Of a stretch of DNA of 64,000 nt, positions 1 to 12,049 are shown in pieces. A model generated the notes under the pieces. That model did not search any database, had not been told where the DNA came from, and was given only the letters and a program-made list of their open reading frames with translations. Every line of letters begins with the position of its first letter. Positions within the stretch are counted from its first letter, which is position 1. The DNA comes from Schmidtea nova (lineage: Eukaryota). The position numbers and the translations under genes are program-made. The stretch spans positions 406,100,001 through 406,164,000 of the forward strand of contig CM097883.1 in NCBI GenBank assembly GCA_044892505.1, given 5' to 3'.

Positions 1-485
1 AACAAATTAGTACACCAAAATTATTTTCTGAACAGTGTAATTTGGATTTTCAACATTGTAATTTGAATTTTTAATTGTCTTGGAATAGTTGATTGCACAG
101 AGCGCCGTTATATTTAAGTTTGCATAATTTGTGTTATTTTCGATTTTTTTATATTTGAATTTATTTAATTTTTTTAACTAAAATTATTTTGTTTTTCTTT
201 GTATATATATGTATGTATTTTATTTTTTCTTCGTAGGCCCCCTTAAAGTTCGTAGGCAATATGATTGGTGCCTATGGTGCCTATTGGATAAGGCGTCTTT
301 GGATCGAAGAATATAATTGGTAGTAAAAAAAGAGAATAATTTATAAAAATTATGGTAAAAATCCCCATTAAAATAACGTTAAAATAATAGAGATAGGGAC
401 AAAAATACAAAAGATTGATTATTTAATCAATAAACGCTCACTAAATGACGCAATATTGGATACACGCATAAAAATATCAGAATTA

Positions 486-1847
486 CAGGATAAACCAATA
501 AGTTTTGTCCGGTGCTCATACTCAGCTTTCCAATGCTGTAATGAGTGTGTAGGTCTGCAACTTTGTGTGTCTATGCTATATATGTTTTTGATTTGTAAAA
601 TTAAAAAAATCACTTATTAATAATTTTTAACATTGCTATTAACTTTGATATGTCTTACATGGATTAAGCACTTTTAATAAATTTCTTGTTTGACTGAAGT
701 ACTTTTTGTTTTCATTAGAATACGTCGATTTGAAATGAATTTCGCACAAGAGGATATCCGCAAGTTAATCTACTACAATTGGAAACTTAGATTAGTGCCT
801 TCCCAGATTGCAAATGAAATAGATTTGACACTGGGGAAGGACACAACAAATGAGCGCACTTGTCGACGCTGGGTTCCAAACTTCAAGGAAAGAAACTTTG
901 ATGTTGAAGACAAAGAGCGATGTGGGAGGCCCTCTCTTGATATCAATGACAAATTCTAGCTATTTTGAAGGAGCACAACAGTACTGTGGACATGAGCGTG
1001 GAGCTTGGAATTTGTCAGCAGACAATTCGAAATCATCTGCTTGCAATGGGCATGCGTTACCTGTGCAACCACTGTGTCCCACACAAGTTGTCCGAGCAAC
1101 AAATGGCCAACCGTGAGAAAATTTTCAACGAGCTGTTGTGCAAGTATGCTGTTAATGACTTCCTCAGTCAGTTCATTATAATGGATGAAGCCTGGATCTA
1201 TTGGAACAACGACCTAACCTATCACCACCGTTCGTGGAGAGGCGCATGTGTTGCCCCTGATATGGAATTTCGCCGCACACTCTCACCTAGGAAACATCTC
1301 ATGTCCGTCTTTTGGGACTGTAAAGGTGTGATTATGATAGATATACTGCCGCAGGGTGCTACAATCACTGCTTATGTTTACTGCGAACAGCTGTCGCGTC
1401 TGTTAACGGCAATACAACAAAAGCTACGCCGTCTTCTTGGTGGTGGGTTTCATCGAATTCACTATCTCCGCGACAATGCACGACTCGATACGTCATCCAA
1501 ATCTGTGCAAAAACTCACTGACGTTGGTTTTACTGTTCTGCCACATCCCCCTTACTCCCCAGACCTCGCACCATCCGATTTTAATTAGTATTTCCCTTTG
1601 AAATTTGCGATTCGTGGAATGGATTTCAACGGAGTTGATGAAGTTCAAGTGGTTCTGGACGCTTGGTTGGACAGTAAACCACGCAGCTTCTTCGCCAATG
1701 GAATCAGGAAGCTGCCTGATCGAAGGCGTCAATGTGTCCTTCATAATGGTGCATATTTTGAACATCTCTCTGACACATATGATTGACATTTTTGATGTTT
1801 TGAAATTAATACATGTTTCACAGGACAAAATTTATTGGTTTATCATG
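486..1847 (+). mobile_element. Full-length mariner (DD34D) DNA transposon
   Basis: 25-bp TIRs caggataaaccaataagttttgtcc (486-510) and its reverse complement at 1823-1847 with 2 mismatches; TA on both sides (484-485, 1848-1849); encloses a transposase. Confidence 0.93.
735..1786 (+). pseudogene. Mariner transposase pseudogene
   Basis: HTH region (TCRRWVPNFK..GRP), VPHKL, DEAW, DNA and YSPDLAPSD motifs with D-34-D spacing. One 1-nt frameshift near 951-960 and one in-frame TAG at 1586-1588. Confidence 0.93.
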
Positions 1848-2426
1848 TAAATTAGTTTACTAATATATTTAGTGTTTTGAATGCACATTTGCATGATACC
1901 TTTTGTATTTTTATTTTTTAATAATTTTCTCTTAATTCTACCATTTTTTGTTGAAATTGCAAAAATGTATGATGGAGTTACATGCATGGCATATAAAAAT
2001 ATTCAATACTTGAAAGGGTTAATAAGTATTTATACGTTAAATATAATAGAATCATTCGAAATATATTTTTTGCTAAAAAATATGCTATTGCTAAACTTTC
2101 CAGATAAACTTGAAATGGTTGATAAGGATGATTTTGAATTAAATACTTTTCTCTAATACTGTCAGAAAAATTAAGAACAAAAATTGTTTCATTAGAATAT
2201 GTTAACTTTTTTGAATAGTTTACTTTAATTTCATAATTAAATTTTAACAATTACTATAAATTATTAAACAATTCTTAAATAATAAATTAAATTAAAAAAT
2301 AACAATTAAAATCAAATTATGCATATTTATTTTATTATTTTATAATTTTATGTAAATTTATATTAAAATTTCTTCTTGTTTAAATATTCTATAATATTTG
2401 AACTACAACAGTTGCAATATTTCAAA

Positions 2427-3719
2427 ATGTTGGAAATATCGAATAATTGTTTAATTTGTTACGAAGACATTAATGAAGCTTACGGATTATCAAGCTGCGT
2501 GAATTTTCACACATTTTGTTTAGAATGTATCACAAAATTATACATAAATAATTGGGAATATTACATATGCCCATTCGATCGAATGATTAACGATCAAATC
2601 GCTACAAATATCAATGGGAAAATCCAACCGTTTAACAACTATTTTATTTTTTTCAACAATTTTGAAATCTTTAAGTCAAAAAAAGGCAAAAATCAATTTA
2701 ATTTATTTCTCACAGTCATGGACAAACTCGATATCTATGTGAATTTGTTAAAGGAAATGATCGATTTACTCATCATAACTACTCAACCGAGAACACTTTT
2801 GCTTGTTCGATACACTTCCGATCATTCTCACTCAATTGATTCTGTTCTACAAATGATAAACCATCTGAAAACCAATCGATTGGAACTCAAACAACTTTTA
2901 TACAACGATTGCGGTTTGTTAGACAAGCTCTGTCGGGTTCGCTTCTTGTCGAATTTATCATGTTTCGAATCAATTCTAAACGAACTGACGGATTTGGAAA
3001 CGAAACGAATCGAACTGAATCATCATTTTCAATCGCTGAGATTCCAAGCGATAAATCGAAACTATTTTGACAAAGAAGAATATGCAAAACTATTCGGAAA
3101 CGACGGAAAATTCCCAATCAATAGTTGCATAATCTGTTTCAATTATCACCGATCGATAAGCTGCATAAAATTGGATAATTGTCAACATAGTCTATGTGAA
3201 TCCTGTGCAATATCGATTGGAAATAAATCTTTCAATTGTCCAATTGATTTAATTGAATCGAAAATCAATCACAATTTCAAATCGATTGAAATATCATTTG
3301 TAGAAATGGAATTGAATTTGTTATTGGAAAAAGTTTTGGAAATCTATAAAATAGATAATCAATTCATCAGTCATTGTCGGGAGAATAAAATCAAATTTTA
3401 CAGTAAATTTTATCGGTTTTCCCAGGAAATCACCAGAGAAGATTTGAATTTTATTCCAATCGATGAAATTATCCATGAAAATCTACTGAAAGAACTGGAA
3501 AATCTCCATCGGTTATATTGGAATGCAATTTCTGGCAATTACGAGTTGACAAAACTTTACAAGAGGATTGCCAAATTGATTTTTGGTTGTCATAGTCAGC
3601 ATAACTATTTGCTGATTTTCAAGCAATATCTTCTCGATTCGGAATATCTAGAGCAAACTGTACTTATAAAAACTGCGATTAGCAATCTCATCCAAATTTT
3701 TATCTTTAATTTTTCCTGA
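2427..3719 (+). CDS. Intronless protein with two RING-HC-type fingers (putative E3 ubiquitin ligase)
   Basis: Open frame of 430 codons from ATG 2427. RING1 CLIC..C-VNF-H-TF-CLEC..CPFD; RING2 CIIC..C-Q-H-SL-CESC..CPID, starting 226 codons later. Confidence 0.8.
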   Translation: MLEISNNCLICYEDINEAYGLSSCVNFHTFCLECITKLYINNWEYYICPFDRMINDQIATNINGKIQPFNNYFIFFNNFEIFKSKKGKNQFNLFLTVMDKLDIYVNLLKEMIDLLIITTQPRTLLLVRYTSDHSHSIDSVLQMINHLKTNRLELKQLLYNDCGLLDKLCRVRFLSNLSCFESILNELTDLETKRIELNHHFQSLRFQAINRNYFDKEEYAKLFGNDGKFPINSCIICFNYHRSISCIKLDNCQHSLCESCAISIGNKSFNCPIDLIESKINHNFKSIEISFVEMELNLLLEKVLEIYKIDNQFISHCRENKIKFYSKFYRFSQEITREDLNFIPIDEIIHENLLKELENLHRLYWNAISGNYELTKLYKRIAKLIFGCHSQHNYLLIFKQYLLDSEYLEQTVLIKTAISNLIQIFIFNFS

Positions 3720-4958
3720 GATTGACTTGAAATAAAGACTTTATTGATATTTGCATTGATTGACTAATAATTTTCATTTTTGTCATCTTGGTACAGGTCA
3801 ATTTTTGAAATAATGATTGGTCAATCCATAACTTTTCAATCGGCCAATCAAAATTAGGAATATTTATCATTGATTTTTTTTCTGTGGATTTATTCCAAGT
3901 TGGATGTCATTCAAACAAGATTCGAGAATCTCACGCCTGTTAACCTTATTTCGGTTAATTAGTGTGGTGTACAGGTTTACGAATGGATCATCGTCTTTTG
4001 ATATGTCTCCAATTCGGTCGGATATTTCATTTATTGCTGCAATTATGTGCTGACATACTGTTTTTGATGACTTTATCCCAGATAAACTTAATGTTGGTTT
4101 GGCAAATTGCAGCTATTTTTGTGGCGTCCCATTTTCATCTGTGAAAATATTTTGGATATTTACTTTAGGGTTGAGCACTGAGCTAATTGTGAGCGAGTTT
4201 TCGGGATTAGAGCAGTTGTTTCCATTATTAGTTAATGGGTTTTCATTGTTATTATAAGTAAAGCTTTCATTGTTATTTGAAGCCATTTGTTTAATGTTTT
4301 GTTTGTTTGTTTATGTCCAAAAGAAATAGAGCTTGGTTTCAAGAATATGACCTACTGTGTTCGGTCAACAGGGCCGCTATTCTTTATAACTCTATACTAG
4401 GTATTCTAAAAGAGATAGCGGTTGAAAGAAAGCGCCGAATGTGTGTTTTATGTTTTTATTCTGACACTAATTGTGAAGTTCAACTATTGATAGTAATAAT
4501 AAGGGTTGTGCGAATTTTTAGGTAACTTGTTATGTATATTAATTGTAATGTGGCGTTGATGATGAGGATTGAAGAGCTCAACAGAGTCACCAGTAAAACT
4601 TGTGTCGGGATTGTTGTGGTGCGTGTTATGTATATTTTGATATGTGATGCTTGTATGTGTGTTTGTTTACAACAACAATAAATAAAGAACTAACAATAGA
4701 TAATTTTTACAAAATTTATTATATCCAAACCAACAATAAAATATAAAGTTGAGCCCGAACTCACGTAATCACGAATTTCTTTGTAAATTTTCTCTAAAAT
4801 TTTCCAAGTGTTTAATCAATTTCTTTTATCTTCGTATTATTTTTAGCTTTAGCAATTTCTATACAATTATCACCGATTCCCACTCGACCCCTTCTACACC
4901 ATAAAGAAAAAGGGGAACAATATAAAGGGGGGAATCCACACTGCCCACACGGACACAG

Positions 4959-5258
4959 TCAACGACAAAAATAGACAATTATAACATCTCTGGTCAGTAC
5001 ACTACAATAATCATATATTTCGCTGCAATTAAAGTCGAAATTGACGACACACTGTATGATACCTTCTACTGTTTCTGGCAGTAATCGATTTCGTTCGTCT
5101 GTCCGTTGAATTTCCATTAGTGAAAATATCAGTTCCACATTTGCATTATGAGCATGAATACTAAATATATATTCACATATCTTGAAAAAAAATTTCAACC
5201 GGGACGAATGATCGTCCTAAAATCCTCTTTCGGGACACCGGGACGCCTGGCAACCATA
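4959..5258 (-). mobile_element. hAT-like transposon remnant (C-terminal dimerisation-type fragment plus one terminus)
   Basis: Peptide HNANVELIFSLMEIQRTDERNRL resembles the hAT C-terminal 'NA.VER.FS.M...W.D.RNRL' motif; TIR-like TATGGTTGCCAG on the minus strand at 5247-5258. Confidence 0.55.
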
Positions 5259-5500
5259 GTTAAAACACTAAAAATCAATAAAAATGCAGCAATATCAAAC
5301 AGTTATTTCAGTGCACCTTGTTTCAGTCAGTAAAGGTTTCTATAATAAAAATTAGGCAACACACTAAGCAAATTATTCGCAATGACAATTATTATTATCA
5401 ATATTGAAGTTTTGTTTATTTGAATCAATTCGTTAAATTTCAATTGGTTAAGGAAGGTATGTAAATTATAGTTATTAATTTATTATCGATTCTAGATAAA

Positions 5501-6793
5501 ATGTATGAAAGTGTTTATAACATTATGAAAGAAAATAAATTTGAAACCGATAATGAAATCAGCAAGAAATTGAAATGCAATATTTGTCACGAATTGCTGA
5601 TAAAGGCTTGCAGTGCTCCTTGCGGTTGCCGGTTTTGTTCTGAGTGCATTGAGCATTATTTGGATGGGAATGATAAATTCTGTCCTGGATCATCAAAATA
5701 CTGTCAAATGAAAATAATAAATTTTGCAAATGATGTTGTAATAGACAACCATGCAAACATTGAAATAGCGGAAATCATTGTGAAATGTCCAAGAAAAAAT
5801 TGTGAATATAAAGACGAAATACAAGTAATTAAAAATCACATGAGAACATGTGATAAGCGAATCAGCTGCCCATTCAATCCAATTGGATGTGACATGAATA
5901 AAGTGTTATATGATGAAATGAAGTACCATCTCAATGAGGATAATTATTGCCATAGCAAATTGTTGGTTGATCTGATCAATAGTTTACACCATGAGATGGA
6001 ATCGATGAGAAATGAAATTATCGAATTGAAGAGAGAACTGAAAGTGCAATTAATAAATCAACAAGTAAATCAATTAATTAAAATATTCAACTGATATTTG
6101 TAATTGCAGCAGAACTTGGAGACAAATGTTGAATCAATCAATGAAGTTTAATTATTGATTTAATATTTTTTTATTTATGTGAAAATGTAAATCAGATAAA
6201 TCAACAAATTAGCATGATGGAAGCAAAATCTCAACAAGATTATGAACAGCAACAGGAAGAGAATAAAAAAGTGAAATTGATTTATTGAAATGTTTGAATT
6301 TGGGTTATAGTTTCAGGTCGAATAGGAGAAATTAGCCACTGAGATTCGGTTATTACACACAAAATTGGAAAGTGAAAATTTGGGATTTATAGAATGGAAA
6401 ATTGAGAAATTATTACAGCAAAAGAGTGGTACACAGATTTGCAGCAGGCCATTTTATTCAGGGCCATTCGAATACAAAATGTGTTTGAAGGTATTTATTT
6501 GGGACAATGAAATCAATGTTTATCTCCATTTGATGCGTGGAGAATTCGATGATGGAATGGTATGGCCATTCAAATACGCCGTGACAATTGTTTCAATCAA
6601 TCCAGCAAATGGAAATATTTATAACAGTCAAACACTAAAACATACTTATTGCCCTAATGACACCCGCTGGGGAAAGCCATCAAAAGGTAGAAATGATGCA
6701 ATTTGGTTCAATGGTGTTCGTGTGGCACTTGATTCACTAACAACCGAAAATGATCAGTTGGGTATCAATTGCAAAGTGGAACGCGATGATTGA
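5501..6793 (+). CDS. TRAF-like gene, copy 1 (RING, TRAF zinc fingers, coiled coil, MATH); predicted exons 5501-6064, 6110-6145, 6196-6270, 6326(or 6317)-6793
   Basis: RING and CPRKNC..H..C / CPFNPIGC..H..H fingers; MATH with SRPFY and GEFD..WPF; three GT-AG phase-0 introns of 45, 50 and 46/55 nt at positions homologous to copy 3. Confidence 0.88.
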
Positions 6794-6989
6794 AATCAGT
6801 TTATAATTGAATCTGTGATAAATGTGAAAAACATTAATATTATCGAGTTGTGTAAATTTTGTTGTGGGAAAATGATAAAATAGAAAATTTTGTTGAGCTA
6901 GGTAATAATTGGAAAATTAATTAAATATTAGAGATTTTTTTATGTTTACAAAAATTACAAATTTGCGTAGGTGATGGAGAGCCTTAGTT

Positions 6990-7070
6990 AATAAAAAAGC
7001 TATAGCCAATGTTGAAAATAAAAATGATAATCTTTGTTTTGTATATAGTCTTCTTGCAATTGTAAAATAT
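6990..7070 (+). mobile_element. Maverick/Polinton protein-primed DNA polymerase B fragment (N-terminal part)
   Basis: NKKAIANVENKNDNLCFVYSLLA matches the recurrent 'KKA.INIKN.DN.CF.WS.LA' motif of Maverick pPolB ORFs (family knowledge, not a search). Confidence 0.55.
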
Positions 7071-8129
7071 TATAATATGACTTCTAATAAAATAGAGTTA
7101 GTAGTTTCACGAATTACATGAATGAAATACTTTTAATCAAAATCTTGGTTTGTCAATTAATATTTTAACTTATAATGTTTTAATGAAACATTCTTACTTA
7201 GATATACTTCATAGGTTCAGGGTTAAAGAGGGGCGAATATTTATGTGTTTGTGTGTGTTAGAAACAGGAAGAGTAGTCAACTTATTAGAATTTGTTGATG
7301 GCTACAGAATAGGAGGAAATAGTATAGAATAAATTTATATATGAAAGGCAATCAAGATCAAACAATGGATTGAATGAGAATATAATTATGACAATTTATC
7401 CATTTTCAATTTGTGATCTTTCGAAAACTTATTGACCTTTTTTTTATTTTATGGGGATGGACACAATGTTTGATAAAATTTTATGTAATTTTGAAAGAAT
7501 ATTTTGTTTTAACAATATTTTCTGTAAATTAATTTTTTAAACTTTGGAATATGGTTTATATTTTGATTTATATTTTAATTCAATAAAATAAATAATAAAA
7601 GTAAATAAATAATACTGATTGTTTAAATAAATTAAAATAAATAAATTACTGTTTGTTTAAATAAATTATGTTTATGACCTACAAGGGTCAGCAAATGAAA
7701 TAATTTCAAGGTTAAAAAACAATCCTGTTTTGAAAACAATTTTAATCAATTAAAGTAGAAAAATAACAATCATTATTGGCAGATTAAGTGCCTTAAAACT
7801 AGTATATAAACTGACTGATTTTTCAGTCAAATCACCCAAAACGTCTTCGCTTAAAAAGAATTTCATAGTTATTATCGACTATTGAAAAACTAAGGTAAAG
7901 CATACAGCATATAGAGCTCAGAACCACATTCAGCATTACACATTACATATATAACATATACGCACAAATACAAAAGACAATTAAACTGGTAGATGTAATG
8001 TTATTTTAGTTGGGTAATTGTTACATTTGTTTTAATTAGAAAAATTTATTTCGAACCATTGTTGACTTATTTATTTATATAAGACTATCAAATTGAGATT
8101 CTGGGATATATATATATATATATATATAT

Positions 8130-8913
8130 ATTAATGTTGGAGAATAATGATTCTTTTCCTTATGCATCTGTTATTAATCTACAACGTCTTGTGAATAAAC
8201 AACAAAATAATTTATTGTTCGAATTCAGAGTAAATTGTGCAAGTATTGTTTAAATATTTTCTATAGTAAGAATTCTTTTGATAAACCTATGACCTTTTGT
8301 CTGAAAAATCAAAATTGTACAACTTTATACACTTTATCTAAAGATATTAAGCTGCAATTTAAAAATGTGGCAAATATTGTTACTCTTTTTTTAGTTATTT
8401 ATGCTGATTTTGAGTAAATTTTGACTAAAGATGATGGTCATTTTCAAAAACATTTTCGAATTTCGAGAGGACTCTTATTAATTAATAACTTTACCAATAA
8501 AATAATTAATTAGAGTTTTGTACTTGTAAAAGATCACGATCATTTTACACGAAAATGTATAGGAGCTGCTTATACCGTCTTGAAAATCACACAATGTATC
8601 TAGACAGATAGAATCTTTTTTATCTGTTGTTTTTTATAATTTGATGGGTTATGATTTACATAATGTCCTAAAATATGGATTAAGTAAATTTAGTCATTGG
8701 AAATTAGTTGTATACCCTCCACAGAAGAAACGTTTATATTATTATTCTCTTATGACATGCTCTTTGTCGGTTAAATTTATTGATTCTTATTTATTTGTAA
8801 ACTCATTTTTAGCAAAAGCAGTAAGCATTCTAACTACATTATCACTAGCTAGAAATGAATTTACTGGTAGCACATTAATCGATTCTAACGACATTTTCCA
8901 TACAACTTTGTAA
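8130..8913 (+). mobile_element. Degenerate Maverick/Polinton pPolB fragment
   Basis: Ordered motifs across several frames: C.YCL..F, VIYADFE, DHDHFTRKCIGAA, FYNLMGYD, FIDSY; many stops. Confidence 0.7.
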
Positions 8914-9510
8914 TTAGTTTGAAGGTTCTTGAGACTACTTTAACTTTGCCAACAATTTTGGATGACTTGATGTAAATCTTAAATCTCAAAGTATTTGAAG
9001 TGAAACTAATTGCAAAACCTTTTTTGACTATAAAATGGTTTATTTAAAATTAGACATCTTTCTTCTTGCTGATTTTTTCCAACAGTATCGTGCAAAATCC
9101 TACACACACACGATACGTTAGAGCTTTTGAGTTTCTATGAACAAATAGTGAGCTGTGAGGCTAGAATTGTAGAACTATGTTTAGTTGTAGAACTATGTAT
9201 GTTAAAAAGAAATTGGCAATGAAATTCCCACTAATTCACTCAATGTCGAGGGAAAGTCAACCGAATTCACTTAGTGAACCTATTCATTATATTTGTATCG
9301 TAGTCGAACCGAAAGTGCTCGAAGATCCAAACCCAGTTAATAGTAATGGCTACGTAGGAAACGATTAGTGGAAGTCCACCCCTGCTTAATTTTGAAGCTC
9401 ATTTGGAGTTCATGAAATAGTGTCACTTTTTACCAATGGAGGACTCGCTTGGGTTCTTTGATGGCGTTATAGTTAAATGTAGAATTTAGCCTTATTAAAC
9501 TCTTGTTTCG

Positions 9511-12000
9511 TTAACACTAGAAGGACGGGAAAATTAAAATACTTAAAAGGACAAAGTGGACCGCAATGCTTTAACTGTCAGACCTTATTTAATTTTCTTT
9601 CTATGACTGCGTTAACAGAATAATAAAATAATAGAATACGCCATATTTGATGATGTGAATTTTGATTTATTCATTATTTAGTCTGTAGTGGTCTAAAGAT
9701 TGATTATTATCTGTGAAACGATTGTACCTTACGACATAATAAAAATACAAAACCAACAAACAATGACTGCTAATCTTCGGTTTCGGATGATTTCAGCGCA
9801 TCAAGTTTGATGGTCTCTCAAGAAAAACCCACGGAAATAAAACTCGAAATTTGAAAAACTATTTTAACGTATCACCGACACAATAAACAAAATTCTCCCA
9901 TTCTAAAGAGCAAAATATACATTGTAAACATTCACATAAATCTACAAAAAATAATTTGGATTCATATTCCATTTTATGTCAATGATAAAATTTATTTTTT
10001 GACAATAAAAATTTATATTACATTATGAAAATTATACAAATTGTAATGTTTCATTTTTGGGTTATATATTTTTCATTTTTTGTATCACGATTTGCTTTTA
10101 AACTTTTTTGCGCATTTGTTTTATTACTTTACTTTACATTTAATATACTAGATTTTGGTTTTGAAAAATACTTATTTGACAAACAGTGTTAATGTTTTAT
10201 AGAATTTCAATTTTATTTTTGATGTGTATGAGTTGCTCTATTTTGAAAATGCTTGGGGAGTTGGATGATGTTGGAGGTTCGGATCGAGGAAATATGAATC
10301 GTTATTCGTTGAAAAGGTATTCTGATATTGCCGATTTTGGTAATTATTGAGAATTTGAACCAATTTTTGACTGGCTCTCATATTGATTTTGAGGACTTAT
10401 TGGCTATCAAAGATGAAGAACCGACAGAAATCGAACAACAATTAGAAGAAAATGATGAAATTGAAGATAGGGATAATGCGAGTGATGATGGAATTCCTCA
10501 AAGTGATACTTTGGTTAGTAAATCTGGCGAAATAGTTTGGTCAACATCTGAAGAAACATCTCGAAAACTTCAAAGATTTCGGGTGCTGCAACTTATATTT
10601 ATAAAATATGCAACGCCGGAGACGAAGGTTTTTTAGGCAATCAACATAATAAATACAAATGAATCAGATAACTAGGAAGCAAGATATGCCTAAAATCTTA
10701 TGGGTCCTCTGAGGAAAATGAAAGCGAATCTATCAGCGATCTCAGAGAACCATCTGTTAACGAATTAAATTACAATATTGAATCTATCGTCATTCCTATA
10801 CCTCTAAGAAAACTAGTGGGGCTACCAGAAAAACAGTTTACTGGCATGTTTGGAACAAAGGCATTGTATGAATATATCTTACTGCTGTATCATTGAGCGT
10901 TCGTGCTCGAAATCATAACATTCTTCAAGTTAGGAGTGAGCCCACAGTAATTGCCTATAGGGAAATGAAAAAATATAATCTGCAGCAAGAACACTATGAC
11001 TCTTCATTGATGACCATATATTCTGCTAATTAAAGAAATTTACAGAAGTAGAAGTCAAGTGCGTTCTTGATAAGAAATGGACACTAACGTTGAACAAACT
11101 CGAAACGTTTAGTTGGCTATGTTATATAAGAGGCATTTTGGAGGGAAGAACTTTTTTTGATCTAGCAATTGGTGACCTAAAATATTTGGTGACACGATTT
11201 CGAGAGATAGATTCATGGTTATAATGAAATATAAACAATTCGACGTCAGACAAAATCGTAGTACAAGTTTCATGTCAAGCAAATTTTATTTGACTTTCGG
11301 TTTGCATAATCCCTTCTTTGAGAATTTCCAGGAAAAGCTAAGAACCCTTGGAAAATATAACTATTGACGAACAGCTTTTCTCAGAAAAAGCACGCCGTAA
11401 GTCTTTCCAACATATCAAAAACAAACCTGACAAATTCTGCATCGAGTCTTTGCAGCGGATTTCCTTATTTAAGTCGGAATTACGAGCATCTATTCAATCA
11501 GCCGCTGCCTGAATATGTGGTTCTACGTTTCATGGATGAATACTTGAACAAAGGATACAATGTCCTATGTGACAATTACCTCACAACCTCTTTCCTTACC
11601 AATCGTTTTCTTGAAAGATGAATAAATTTACCTGGAACTAAATACCTCAATCTATGCGAGTTGACTCAGATAAACGAACTAATAAAGAATTATCCTAAGT
11701 ATGACATTAAGCTTTTCGTATCTGATTCAGGTTGAACTCTCACATTGTACAAGTACAAGCCTCAACAAATTGTGATTTCTTTGATATTCCCGTTATTTCA
11801 GATTTCAAAGAGGTGTTCATAAAGGTCTGGGACAATGAGACGGCAATAAGAGGTATTTTTAATATTCTGGGTCTAGTACCCATCTATGCGTGTATGCTTG
11901 TATTGCACAAAATGGATAGCCATGTAGAATATATTTACTATTTTTAATACAGGATTTTTGTAGAGAAAATCATACGCGAAAATCTTAACCTGCTCCTTAA
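9511..12000 (+). mobile_element. Degenerate piggyBac-like (PGBD) transposon
   Basis: TTAA+CACTAGAAGG candidate left end at 9511-9524; acidic N-terminal ORF 10328-10636; ITIDEQLFSEKARRKSFQHIKNKPDKF from 11357; GYNVLCDNYLTT. Right end not found. Confidence 0.75.
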
Positions 12001-12049
12001 AACAGAAATGTGGAAATCGTCCATAAAGGGTGAAAGGAGTGGTTCTGGT

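Noticed and set aside
230-301. hAT-MITE-like right end (gtgcctatggtgcctattggataaggcg)
   Set aside because: The matching left end is not in the window, so it cannot be supported.
4545-4694. Candidate solo LTR (TG...CA)
   Set aside because: No target-site duplication and no second copy in the window.
957-6325. TAG reassignment (alternative genetic code) suggested by TAGs at 957, 1586 and 6323
   Set aside because: The TAG at 957 results from a frameshift, 1586 is in a transposon pseudogene, and 6323 can be bypassed by splicing. The long intact ORFs contain no internal TAG, and decayed elements also contain TAA and TGA.
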